DNA from: Ruditapes philippinarum
Lineage: Eukaryota
NCBI RefSeq assembly: GCF_026571515.1
Contig: NW_026860451.1
Location: forward strand, 62,001 to 126,000
Length of the DNA: 64,000 nucleotides
Reading direction: 5' to 3'
Below are positions 39,590 to 51,700 of the stretch, in pieces. The translations under genes and the position numbers were made by a program. The notes beneath the pieces are model-generated. The model worked only from the letters and a program-made list of their open reading frames with translations. It had not been told where the DNA came from and made no database searches. Position 1 is the first letter of the stretch, and each line of letters starts with the position of its first letter.

Positions 39590-39790
39590 GATCACATGGC
39601 TAGCTTCCTGCTTTACTAGTAGAGGAAGTCCTCAGGTAATCCTCCGTTTATTATTTCATTCAATAGTGGGCATCTAAGTAGAACCATCGACATTCGAAAT
39701 TCTATGAGGTAGATGGGCTTTCTCACATAGAAAAATGTAAATTTACTAACAGGATTCAAAACCACTACGCCAGGACAATCATGCAGTACA
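39590..39790 (-). mobile_element. Degenerate SINE copy
   Basis: GCTTTACTAGTAGAGGAAG...TTATTTCA...GTAGAACCATCGACATTC matches the 10.6 kb and 42.1 kb copies. Confidence 0.5.
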
Positions 39791-42023
39791 TTACGGCAGT
39801 ATGATCAGTCCCTATATTGTAGGCCGCTTAACTTTGGCAGTTTAATATCACCACAAACTACCAAGTAACAGTGTGCAATTCCAAGCTTAAAGCCATACGC
39901 CTCAAGATGGTAAAGTGAGAAAGAAAGAAAAATAAATAAAGTTTCAAGTAAATGGAAAGTATTGTTATAGTAAGGTTTAATGTGTCAATTCGTTATTACT
40001 GACCTTTTAAGCTGCGGAAGGATGCTGACAAAGTCGTCAGTAATATGTGTTGTTTTTTCTTTTATACACACAATATATTGTGTTCCTAACGCAGTGGCCG
40101 ATATGATATATAAATAGAAAAAGTCAATTATTTCAATATGGTCATATGTTAAATAAAACTAAACTAATTTTGCTGTATAATAAAAGTCGTAATAATTTAG
40201 CCTCGTTTCCATATCACATGCATATAGTATCCTATATAGCCTCGTTTTCATTATCTAAGTCAAAAATATCTTGATCAAATGCATATATTGTACTCCAACT
40301 GACCTCGTTTTCATTTTCAGAATAAAATATTTGATATCAAATCCATATTGTACTTGAAGTAATTAAGTTCTGTTAAAATATAAACAATGGTGGTGAGAAA
40401 TCAGACTGATTCAATTTGACTCGTACACGGCTGCAAAAAGCTATATCAGATTTGGCTAACTCCTCGTCCAATATAGTTCAGACAGCTGTGTGTTCGCCCA
40501 TAAGAATTAACTATTGTACTTGACAATGTATAATAACCTCATAAAATAAATTTGCTCTAAAAACAAACTTTTTCTAAGTTACTTTACGGTGACATTATGT
40601 CCACCAAAACGTAAAAAGTGAGTGTGCTGGTAATGTAAAAATAGTTTTATATTTTGCCATAAACGTTTTAAGATTTTACAATGTACTTCATTAAAAATAA
40701 ACAATAACTTATGTGACACACTGAAATTTCTGTCAATATACTTCTTACTTATCGTGTAACGTTCAAATAATAAAAAGTTGTACAGTATTATACACTGCAA
40801 TTTAAGATAGTTTTTATACTTTATTCTAAACATTTTTATCAGTTTTTGGTCAATTACCATCTTATAAGTCATTCTTTAGCTCAATTTGACAGCAAAAAAA
40901 ATATATACGCAAACTGTCAGTTTAAAACAACCTATGACTTTACTTTATAACTATAGCATACTTCAGTATGACCCTCATATCTCTTCAGGTCTTTTTTTCT
41001 GACGTGACTTTGCACTTAAAATTAAGAGAACTTGTCTAAAATTAAAGGTAAATACAGTACAATCTCTGTAAAGCAACACCCTTTCGCGCTATCTGACTAA
41101 TAAGAGGTGACTTAGGAGTGTTGTCGTAAACAGGCAATTGCTATGTAAAGGTTGCATTATACCAGAATTTCAGCATTACTTATTTATAATAGATTTTTTT
41201 AAACTGAGAAACAATAAATTCAGTGACTATGTATATAGCCATAAGAAACAGGAGAATTTTATTCTGTTCTGAATCGCTTTTTATTATCGGCGTTTTCCGA
41301 CATACTCAAGTAACGGAAATCGCCGTATTGTTCCGAATGCAAACAGGGATTACCATGGAAACGTTAAAATCTGACTCCCTTTTACGTTAAATCCTTTAAA
41401 TCAAACAGTACAACATTCACTGATAGCCAGAAAAGTATTCAATTGATCTTAAATCCATTTTAGTCATTTGGAAATCTCGCCGGTAAATAATCGTGTTTTT
41501 TACTGAAAGAGTCGGAAAGTTGCGACAAAAAAAATTCGTCTCTCTCTGAATTGTGACCAAGTACCTTTAACTGCAGTGTTAGGTCTATCTCCAGATGTGC
41601 ATAAGAATATATTAATTAATGTATAATCTGGCTTGTCACTTGTTTCGTTATCAGTACATGTATATATGGGACTTCACCAGGAGAAGAATTGGCAATAACA
41701 ATTTAATTTAAAAAGTAAGTTTTCGATATTTATATAAATAATTGCCTTATCTATAAGTTTACTTTAATAATTTATGCAAATTTTATTACATCATATAGTA
41801 ACAACAAATACACTGAGAATGCAATTTTGACTTTACGTCCGTCCGTCCGAAACTGCTTTTACAAACCATAATGTAGTATTTGGCATAAAATTAATGTTAA
41901 CAGTGATACGACATACTTGTAGTGTAATGTGTTGTATGTGCCAATGAAATGACCGAACCTTATTTGTTAGTGACATATTCATGCTCATCTAAAATACCAA
42001 CAACTTACATTTAACACAATTTT

Positions 42024-42058
<35 letters not shown>

Positions 42059-42104
42059 CTTGTTTTTTTTTTTTTTTTTTTTTGGGGGGGGGGGGGGCAG
42101 AGTG

Positions 42105-42320
42105 GGGGTTTAACTCACACCCACACTCCAATGGTCATATGATGACTTTACAGCTTTACTAGAAAAGGAAAACCATGTGTGGAACCTCCGACATTCCGTA
42201 AGCTAGATGTATAATTTCCTCACATGAAATAATTTAATTTCCCTGACGGAAACTGAACCCAGAGCGGTGAGGGCCAAGTGGTTTGAAGTCAACGCCCTAA
42301 ACCAATATGTCACAACGCCA
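42105..42320 (-). mobile_element. Degenerate tRNA-derived SINE with adjacent poly-T/poly-G tract (42026-42097)
   Basis: Minus strand: GGTTTAGGGCGTTGACTTCAAACCACTTGGCCCTC..GGGTTCAGTTTCC head, then CATGTGAGGAA..CTTACGGAATGTCGG body. Confidence 0.6.
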
Positions 42321-42615
42321 AACAATGAAACTTTCTTAACAACTCTTATGAATATATCAATGAGACAAAAGAGAAAGGACTCGAGCAACATTTAGACATG
42401 GAACTATAATTTGGAGTTTCAGGAATATGAATATTTTAGATATCAAAATAAAAAATAATAAAATAATAAATTACGAAACTGCTCGACTGTCTCTATAATA
42501 ACTGGTAATATTGTTTAAATATATTTTCTACTTTTGAATGAATACGTACAGTATTCATATGTTAGGGGCTTTAAAATATTAATATAGACCATATTTTATA
42601 TAATTCACAGGGACA

Positions 42616-43848
42616 ATGACAGAGTTTTCTGATAAAGTTAACATTACAATTTGTGGTGGCGGGAATGGTGCCCATACTCTGGCAGGAATATCATCTCTGG
42701 TTCCCAACGCTTGCGTTACTGTTGTTGACGTGTTCGAAAACGAGGCTGAAAGATGGACGAACGCTTTGGCCAATTACGGTTTCACTGTGAGGTTCAGCAA
42801 AGACGTAATGTTACACCAGAAGCCGGGGAAAGTCAAATTCCGTGTAACAAACGATGTGGAAAGCGTTGTTCCCCATTCAGACATTTTAATCATCTGTGTC
42901 CCGGCTTACACGCACGAAATTTATCTAAATCTTATATCACCTTACGTACCAGAAACGTGTCCAGTTGTAGGAATGCCTGGTCAACCAGGCTTTGAGTATC
43001 AAGCATTGACCATCTTGCAGGAACACGGCAGAAAATGTAAAGTAATGTCTATTGAAACGCTTCCATGGGCATGCAGAATATCCAAGTATGGACAGGAAGT
43101 AGACGTTGTCGGGACAAAAGAAGAAGTTTGCTATACTCTGATCGACAAGCTGTCAAAGGGCAATCCGTCCAAAAGGTTGGATCCTGTTTCGGTGCTTCAA
43201 ACAATATTAGGCAAGAAACCCCAACTCGCCAAAGAGGAGAATATGCTGAAGTATACTTTTCTCTGTAGGCCGACCATTCATCCTCCGATAATGTATGCAC
43301 GATGGAAAAATTGGGACGGTAAGCCTTTGGATAAGCCGCCATTATTCTACCAAGGAGTTGATGAAGACTCAGTTAGGTATATGGACGGCGTCACGGATGA
43401 ATCTGTCAAGATTGCCGCTGCTGTTACAGAGATATTTCCAAGCATGGATTTCTCGGGAGTTTCAACGATGCAAGAATGGTTACTGGATCATTACACAGAT
43501 CAGATCACCAACAAACAGACGCTCCTGACTTGTTTACAGACAAACAAGGCGTATGATGGCCTTTTACACCCAACAACAAAAACAGCCGATGGTAAGTATG
43601 TGCCGGATTTCACCTACCGCTACATTAGAGAAGATGTTCCCTATGGATTGATAGTGGTACGTCAAATAGCCGACTTCGTTGGAGTGGAAACGCCAGTAAT
43701 TGACGAAATCATCTTGTGGGCACAAGAAAAGCTGGGAAAACAGTTCATTCAACATGGAAAGCTGTGCAAACTGGACCGTACCGACGGCAGACTTCCTATG
43801 ACCTATGGTATTAATACAATCGAGGATTTTTTCAACTTTTTCAAATAG
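42616..43848 (+). CDS. Opine dehydrogenase 2, paralog of 24703-25935, 410 aa, single coding exon
   Basis: CGGGNGAHTLAG, EAERW, PGQPGFE, IETLPWACRI, IHPP, PLFYQG, YRYIREDVPYG. Acceptor ttcacag lies 5 nt before the ATG. Confidence 0.95.
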   Translation: MTEFSDKVNITICGGGNGAHTLAGISSLVPNACVTVVDVFENEAERWTNALANYGFTVRFSKDVMLHQKPGKVKFRVTNDVESVVPHSDILIICVPAYTHEIYLNLISPYVPETCPVVGMPGQPGFEYQALTILQEHGRKCKVMSIETLPWACRISKYGQEVDVVGTKEEVCYTLIDKLSKGNPSKRLDPVSVLQTILGKKPQLAKEENMLKYTFLCRPTIHPPIMYARWKNWDGKPLDKPPLFYQGVDEDSVRYMDGVTDESVKIAAAVTEIFPSMDFSGVSTMQEWLLDHYTDQITNKQTLLTCLQTNKAYDGLLHPTTKTADGKYVPDFTYRYIREDVPYGLIVVRQIADFVGVETPVIDEIILWAQEKLGKQFIQHGKLCKLDRTDGRLPMTYGINTIEDFFNFFK

Positions 43849-44696
43849 CATCAGTATAGAAGTTCAACTCGTGTTCGTTCGGCCATTGAAATTGTAATTA
43901 CTTATAACTATACAAAATAATTGTGAATTACTCCATATACACTTTATTGGCTAACAAAACAGATAATACTATATGAGAAATGAGATTTGTTTTTGTTAAA
44001 CAATTAAGTCGCTTAGTTACAGTTAAATATCGAATCGGATATTGTACAAGAAAATTATTATTCAAGTACACGTACTTATTATAATTGTAAAGAACGGCGT
44101 GTAGCGCATGATGTTTTCGTTTACTCGTGCCTGCAGTTGTTTTTTTTGTTGTTGTTGTAAAAAACAGAACTGTCTTCCCATATTACATTACACATAGGCT
44201 AGGCATGAAAATTTTGCAAAAAATGCCTTTGTTTTAATACTTTCTACGACCCAATGTATTATATAATCTCTACCAGAGTATCACTAATAAATTCCTGTTC
44301 GTATTGTCTTATACAAGAAGTTAATTCCCTAGGAAATCACCAATAGTGCTCACATGCTTGGCGTACTGTAACGTATAAAGCACATAAACCCTGTTGGTGA
44401 AAAGTTAGCTTACCACCAAGAGTGGTTTGTGTTTGTATATGTGATGTGGGAAACATTTTTAATAATAATTTACCAACTTGAGTTTTTTCATATCATTATT
44501 CTTATTATTAGTATTGTGACGTTTTCTTAACGTTGTGACATTACTTTTTTGAGAAATTTGTTTTAAGACTTGGCATGGAAAATTTGTGGTTACGGCAACT
44601 TTGGTTTGGCAGTTGTTTACATTTTACCACACTGGCCACCAAATGAGACACACAAACCCTGTAGATGAAAAGCTAGCTTTTCACCAACACGGTGTG

Positions 44697-44827
44697 TGTG
44701 TGCCTTAAAACGTTACAGTACTTAGTGCAGAAAAATAAGTTTGTGTGCCTTAAAACGTTACAGTCCTTAGTGCAGAAAAATAAGTTTGTGTGCCTTAAAA
44801 CGTTACAGAACTTAATACAGAAAAATA
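44697..44827. repeat. 45-bp tandem repeat, ~3 copies
   Basis: TGCCTTAAAACGTTACAG at 44701, 44746 and 44791. Confidence 0.9.
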
Positions 44828-47021
44828 GAATCGAACCATTGGTTACATTAAGCCTTCATACATGTCACCCTATTGTCCTCTCTAACATTAAGTCATTGTT
44901 TAATAATAATTGTATAGGCACATTGTGTGCCCATCTAGAGAAACTTGAAAGAATAATACCTTTTCGTTATTGTCGAATTGTTAGTACTTTTACCTGGCTT
45001 TTATTGTATAATATGATATAAATAGATTGACTTTTCCTTTAGAATGGATTTAAAGTATTTGTCTCAATTTAAAGAATATATGTATCTTATTCAACTTGAA
45101 TTGCATTTGTATAAATTCATCTTGGAATATTAAGTAAAAAATGTTAAGATTTGGTTATATTTCATGATTAAAGGGAGATCATAAAACACAAAACATTTAC
45201 TATATAAAAACAGACGAAAACGGCAAATTGAAAATGTTGTTAGGCTCGGTTTGCTTAATATAAGCCTGTTCATGGACGGTAGTGATAACTGCATGCCACC
45301 GGTCACGTCAAAACATATTTGTGACGTCATCCTTTGTTGTATGTGTATATTGTACTTACAGATGAATAAACCATCCAATATTTACCGAATAATTATACAA
45401 TATTTTGAGATTGGATTTTTTTCAAGCCAATAACTATAAAAAGAATAGACAGTAAGCTGTGTACTTTTGGACATTTTGCAGCAGATGTGGGAATTTAATG
45501 TTTCGAAGAGAGGCATAATCAAAAACAACACTTATATTGAATAACACTCATTTGTTTCTTTTATTTTAAAATTTATCATTTATCATTCACTCACCACAAA
45601 GGAACCTCATAAAGATTTACACTGTTGATGTGAACAGTTAAATTTAAGTTTACTCACTATAATCTGTATTTTATTCAAAATGTTAAAAAGGACAGGTTTT
45701 TTTATATAGGAAACACATGTTTTCATAGCCCGTATTAATCCATCTTTTTCTGAATAATGTTACTCACAAATTGGTGTTTGTTTGTTTCCAAATTTACGAC
45801 ACACTGATAAACTTCAAGCTGTTTGATTTTCAGATAAAACATATGACTATTAAGAAAGAAAATCAAATCCTATCAAAATATCGAAGTAGCATTAGCTTGA
45901 TATGATCAACATGAACAAAAGAAATTGCAAAATTCCCATTGATTAAAATGTTTACGTTATTCAACTTATTATATTATTCAAATTCCAGATATTATATCTT
46001 AAGTTGAATATATTCACACTCTGGTTTTTTTTGGCAACAGGCAACTAACAAAGACAATCTACACAACTAAACTTTGCAAATGACAATCTACAGGAAATGC
46101 AGTGAATAAGTCGTCTTATAAATTGAGGCCGGTTAGAGTAGGCCTTTCATACTTGTTGACCCTTCTGTCCACTTCAACATTAAATCATTATTTAACATTA
46201 GTTTTATAGGCACATCGTGTGCCCATCTAGACAAACTTGAAAGAATAAAACCTTTTCGATATTGTCGAAGTTTCAGTACTTTTATCTGGTTTTTATCGTT
46301 TAATATGATATGAATAAATTAACTTTTCATTTAGAATAGATTTAAAGAATTTGACTCAATTTAAAGAATACTTTTATCTTATTCAACTTGAATTGCATTT
46401 GTGTAAATTCATCTCGGAATATTAAGTAAAAAATGTTAAGATTTTGTTATATTGCATGATTAAAAGGAGACTATAAAACACAAACCATTTACTATATTAA
46501 AACAGAAAAGAACGCGCGAAATCGGCAAATTGAAAATGTTGTAGGTTCGGTTTGATTAAGCCTGTTCATGGACGGAAGAGGTAACAGCAGGCCACCGTCC
46601 ACGTCAAAACATGTTTGTGAGGTCATCCTTTTTTGCATCCGTACATGTATGTGTCTACTGTACTGACAGATGAATAAATTGTCCAATATTTACCGAATAA
46701 GTATCCAATATTTTGAGATACTTTTCTAGTCAATAACTCTCAAAGAATAGACAATAAGCTGTGTACTTTCGGACATTTTGCAGCAGATGTGGGAATTTAA
46801 TGTTTCAAAGAGAGGCATAATAAAAAACAACACTTATATTGAACAACACTCATTTGTTTCTTTCATTTTAAAATTTTTAAAAAAAAAATCATTTATCATT
46901 CAATCACGCACAAAGGAACCTTATGAAGGTAAATACACTGTTGATGTGAACAGTTAAATATGATGCACTGCTTAAGTTTACTCACAAATCTGTATAATAT
47001 TCAAATGTTTAAACTATGGTG

Positions 47022-48989
47022 TATGGTGGCATATTTCTGCCACCAGATAACCATATAACTAACTAGTTAATTAAAAGGTTAACTAGTTACGTAACTAGTT
47101 AACCTCTTAATTAACTAGTTAGGTATCAAGTTAACTAATTACGTAACTAGTTAACCTGATATCTAACTAGTTAGTTATCAGGTTAACTAGTTCCGTAACT
47201 AGTTAACCTCTTAAATAACTAGTTAGGTATCAGGTTAACTAGTTCCGTAACTAGTTAACCTCTTAATTAACTAGTTAGTTATCAGGTTAACTAGTTGCGT
47301 AACTAGTTAACCTCTTAATTAACTAGTTAGTTATCAGGTTAACTAGTAACGTAACTAGTTATTTTTTTCTATAAAGAAAAGATCATAACGGGAAATAAAT
47401 GCATGTTTGTGCCCGCAACTGCCATCCCTTATTGTCAGCTTAATATTAAGAGGTTAACTAGTTACGTAACTAGTTAACCTCTTAATGAACTAGTTAATTA
47501 ATAGGTTAACTAGTTACGTAAATACTTAACTAGTTAACCTAATAATTAACTAGTTAATTAAGAGGTTAACTAGTTACATAAATACTAAACTAGTTAACCT
47601 CTTAATTAACTAGTTAGTTAAGAGGTTAACTAGTTACGTAAATACCTAACTAGTTAACCTATTAATTAACTAGTTAATTAAGAGGTTAACTAGTTACGTA
47701 ACTAGTTAACCCGTTATCACCTATCTATAAATAGCACTGTTTTGCTCCATTGCATTGATACACAGTCCCACTTAAGAAAGTCATTGCAGACATTAGAAGG
47801 GAATTAAAATCGGCTCCATACATTGATAAAATGGTTTCATATATTGTAAAAATGAATTAATATATTGATAATTCGGTTCCATACAAGGACATCTGGTTCC
47901 ATACATGGCTACTTTGGTACAATATATTGAAGTATTGGAATCATATATTGAGAAAATCAACTTTTATATTGCTAACTCGGTTTCATACACTGACGGTATG
48001 GTTTCATATATTGTCACTGTGGATTGATATAATGGATTCCGGTTAAATAAGAAGGTGTTTTCAAGTCATTTATAGTCGAAGTGAACTTATATATTATCCA
48101 AATGGTTAAATAAATTGAAAACGAACAACATCAGACAGCCATGGCTGTCCATAGACAGGTGCCACAGGGTTGGTGGTTATAATAAGATACATCAATAAAA
48201 CCTTTGATTAGTTTATGTTTTATAACATGCTTTTTCATGGGTCAGTACAATTGATTACTTTAAGGCCCGATTACGTTTCATTTAGGTATGTATATTGTTT
48301 ATATAAAAATTGGATATGTATTAGTCAGACAATGAAAGTCTTAACTTTCAAAGCTCTAGACAAATAAACAAATACACAGGAAATTGACCCGATGCTGTGA
48401 GACACGTGCAATAAACAAGGGAATATCTTGCCGCTCAAGCCAAATTGCTATTTTCGCGAAAATAACCCTATTTTCGTATTTTAGTTATACCCCGCGCATA
48501 AGCGGGCAGTACGGGTATTCCAAATATTATGCAATATCTATTTAAAGATAAGTGATAACGGGTTAACTAGTTACTTAACTAGTTAACCTATTAATTAACT
48601 AGTTAATTAACAGGTTAACTAGTTAGGTATTCACGTAACTAGTTAACCTTTTAACTAACTAGATAATTAAGAGGTTAACTAGTTAGGTATTTACGTAACT
48701 AATTAACCTATTAATTAACTAGTTAATTAAGCGGTTAACAAGTTACGTAACTAGTTAACCTCTTAATTTTAAGCTGATAATATAATAAAAGGATGGCAGT
48801 TGCAGGCACTAACATGCATTTATTTCCCGTTATGATCTTTTATTTATTGAAAAAAAATAACTAGTTACGTAACTAGTTAACCTGATAACTAACTAGTTAA
48901 TTAAGAGGTTAACTAGCTACGTAACTAGTTAACCTCTTAATTAACTAGTTAGTTATCAGGTTATCTGTTGGCAGAAATATGCCACCATA
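47022..48989. mobile_element. Foldback DNA element with TATGG...CCATA ends, 6-bp TTAAAC duplication and TAACTAGTTA satellite arms (IS3EU-like)
   Basis: TIR TATGGTGGCATATTTCTGCCA.CAGATAACC; mirrored arms (47022-47726 / 48546-48989). TTAAAC precedes a 7-nt TATGGTG duplication on the left and follows the right end. The empty site is visible at ~45680. Confidence 0.88.
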
Positions 48990-51634
48990 TTAAACAGACA
49001 GATTTTTATAGTTTCATAACGCGTATTTATCCATCTTTTCCGGAGTAATGTCACTCACAAACTGATGTAATAGAATAATTGTTTCCAAATTTAGGATTCA
49101 CTGGCAAACTTATTGTAAGATAAAATGTGTGACTATTAAGAAGGAAAGTCAAATCAAAGAAGCATAAGCTTGATATAGGCTAATCAGCATGCATTTTTTT
49201 GTGTGTGCAAAATTCCCATTGATTAAAATGTTTACGTTATTCAACTTATTTTATTATTCAAATTTCAGATGATATCTTAAGTTGAATAAATTCACACTCT
49301 GGGGTTTGTTTGTTGTTTTTTTGGCAACCAGGCAACTAACAAAGGCAATCTACAAAACAAAACTTTGCAAATGACAATCTACAGAAAGTGCAGTGAATAA
49401 GTTCTCTTTTAAATTAAGACCCGGTACCATTGGTTAGAGTAGTAGGCCTTGTTGGCCCTTCTATCACTATTTAAAATTAGTTTTATAGGCACATTGTGTG
49501 CCCATCTAGAGAAACTTGAAAGAATAAAACCTTTTCGTTATTGTCGATGTTTCAGTACTTTTACCTGGTTTTTATCGTTAAATATGATATAAATAAATTA
49601 ACTTTTCATTTAGAATGGATTTAAAGAATTTGACTCAATTTAAAGAATATTTGTACAATGTATCTTATTCAACCTGAATTGCATTTGTGTAAATTCATCT
49701 TGGAATATTAAGTAAAAAATGTTAAGATTTTGTTATATTTCATGAGTAAAGGGAGATTATAAAATAGAGAAAAACAGAATCCCTAAAGAAAGCCCAACAC
49801 GACAAAATTGAAAATGTTGCAGGCTCGGTTTGATTGAGCGTGTTCATGGACGGTACTGGAAAGTACAAGTTACCGTCCACGCCCCCTAGCACCGGCTTTA
49901 GCAGAATTCAACATTTAACACGAGCTGGTACAATTTGGAATTTTGAAACATCCGAAGATGTGTTCATATGACGGTTATCATGGAACCTCAATGTGACACG
50001 TAAATGCCATTCCATGAAAAGCGGCATATGGTCCCCAAGTAAAAAAATGCGTGTGCCCTAAACGAGAAACTAAATAAAATGGAATTTTGAAAGGGGATCT
50101 GAGGTTATGAAGCCTGCATATCACAGATAAGACGTCAAAAGACAATTTAAAAAGCAGGCAACATATCCTAAGGGTGATTACATGTATACAGTATTCAAGT
50201 AGGAATACTGGAACCACCCAAGTTGAAAAAGTCCAAATAGAAGAAACTAAAAATACCACACAACAATTATGTCGTGCTGAACGATCTTCAAGGAAAGATA
50301 TAAAACACAAAACATTTACTAAAAGAACGTTCGAAAACGGCAAATTGAAAATGTTGTAGGCTCGGTTTGATTAAGCCAGTTCATGAACGCGGTAGTGGTA
50401 AATGCAAGCCACCGCCAACGTCAAAACATATTTGTGACGTCATCCTTTGTTGTATATGTACATTGATATGTCTATAATAAACTATCCAGTATTTACCGAT
50501 TATTTTGAGATTGGATACTTTTCAAGCCAATAACTATAAAAATAAGACAGTTAGCTGTGTACTTTCGAACATTTTGCAGCAGATGTGGTAACTTTGATGT
50601 ATCACAGAGAGACATAATCAAAAACAACACTTTAATTGACCGATATTCATTTGTTTCTTTCATGTTATTTAAAAAAAATCATTTATCATTCACTCACGCA
50701 TGAAACAGCCTTATAAAGATTTACACTGTTGATGTGAACAGTTAAATACTTTTTTTTAGGAAACAGGTTTTCATAGCGCGTATTAATGCATCTTTTCCTG
50801 AGTAATTGATGTCCTAAAACTGTCCATATTGTAAGAGAATAAGACGCATCGATCTGCCCTTTCTCTCACATAATGAAATTAATATTAATTTAAATGAAAG
50901 ATACTTATTAACCATTTTCACAATTTTTAAAAATATATATAGTATGAAAAAATTTCGATTAATTCAACCTACAATGATCATTTGACTTTATTTTCTAATG
51001 ATTGTACAGTTCAATCGAAACTGATTTAACTTAAAAATTAGACCTTGATAAGACTAGATGTCTACTGACAAGCCAAATATCTTCATTTCCTACATTTTAA
51101 GTAGGAGACTGCATTACTAGTGCCTCGTCCAATATATGTTTTGCAGATGTGTAGGAGTCCAACAGAATCAGTATTGTATCAAACAATGTATAAGGACCTA
51201 ATTCCTAATTTCAAACATCCATTCTCTTTACCGTTTTGACATAACTTCTTGATCTCGAGTATAATATAAATCTAATATGTTTTGTTTTTTTTGGACACGG
51301 GAAATGAAAACGAGGCTTAATTAATATGGTTTGATTCAATAATGATTTCTATTGGAGCATCACATAGTGAAATTGTTGGTTATATCTTCTGACCAGGTGT
51401 GAGATAAAATTTGATATTTTTAAAAGAAATAGATATTTCTGTATGGGAAATGATTTTTAAAAATTGTTGTTCACTTTGATTCCTTACCTACAATAAAATT
51501 TCAGATAAGTTGATAGATATGGTCATTTTCGTGAAATAACTATAATTTTGCAGACATGAACTTTGAAATTATTGTATTTACCAAAGAACAACATCAATAT
51601 ATGCAAGATATATAACAATGCTCCCATGGTTACT

Positions 51635-51700
51635 GTGTGTGGGTGAGCGTGGGCGTGTGTGTGTGTTGGTGTGTGTGTGCGTGCGTGCATGCGTGCGTGC
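51635..51700. repeat. (GT)n/(GTGC)n microsatellite
   Basis: Simple repeat run. Confidence 0.85.

Noticed and set aside
24703-43848. Recent bacterial horizontal transfer or contamination of the intronless enzymes
   Set aside because: Motifs (DEAERW, WDGKP..PLFYQG, WAQ.KLG, YG.NT) match animal opine dehydrogenases; the genes have splice acceptors and sit among host repeats, not in an operon.
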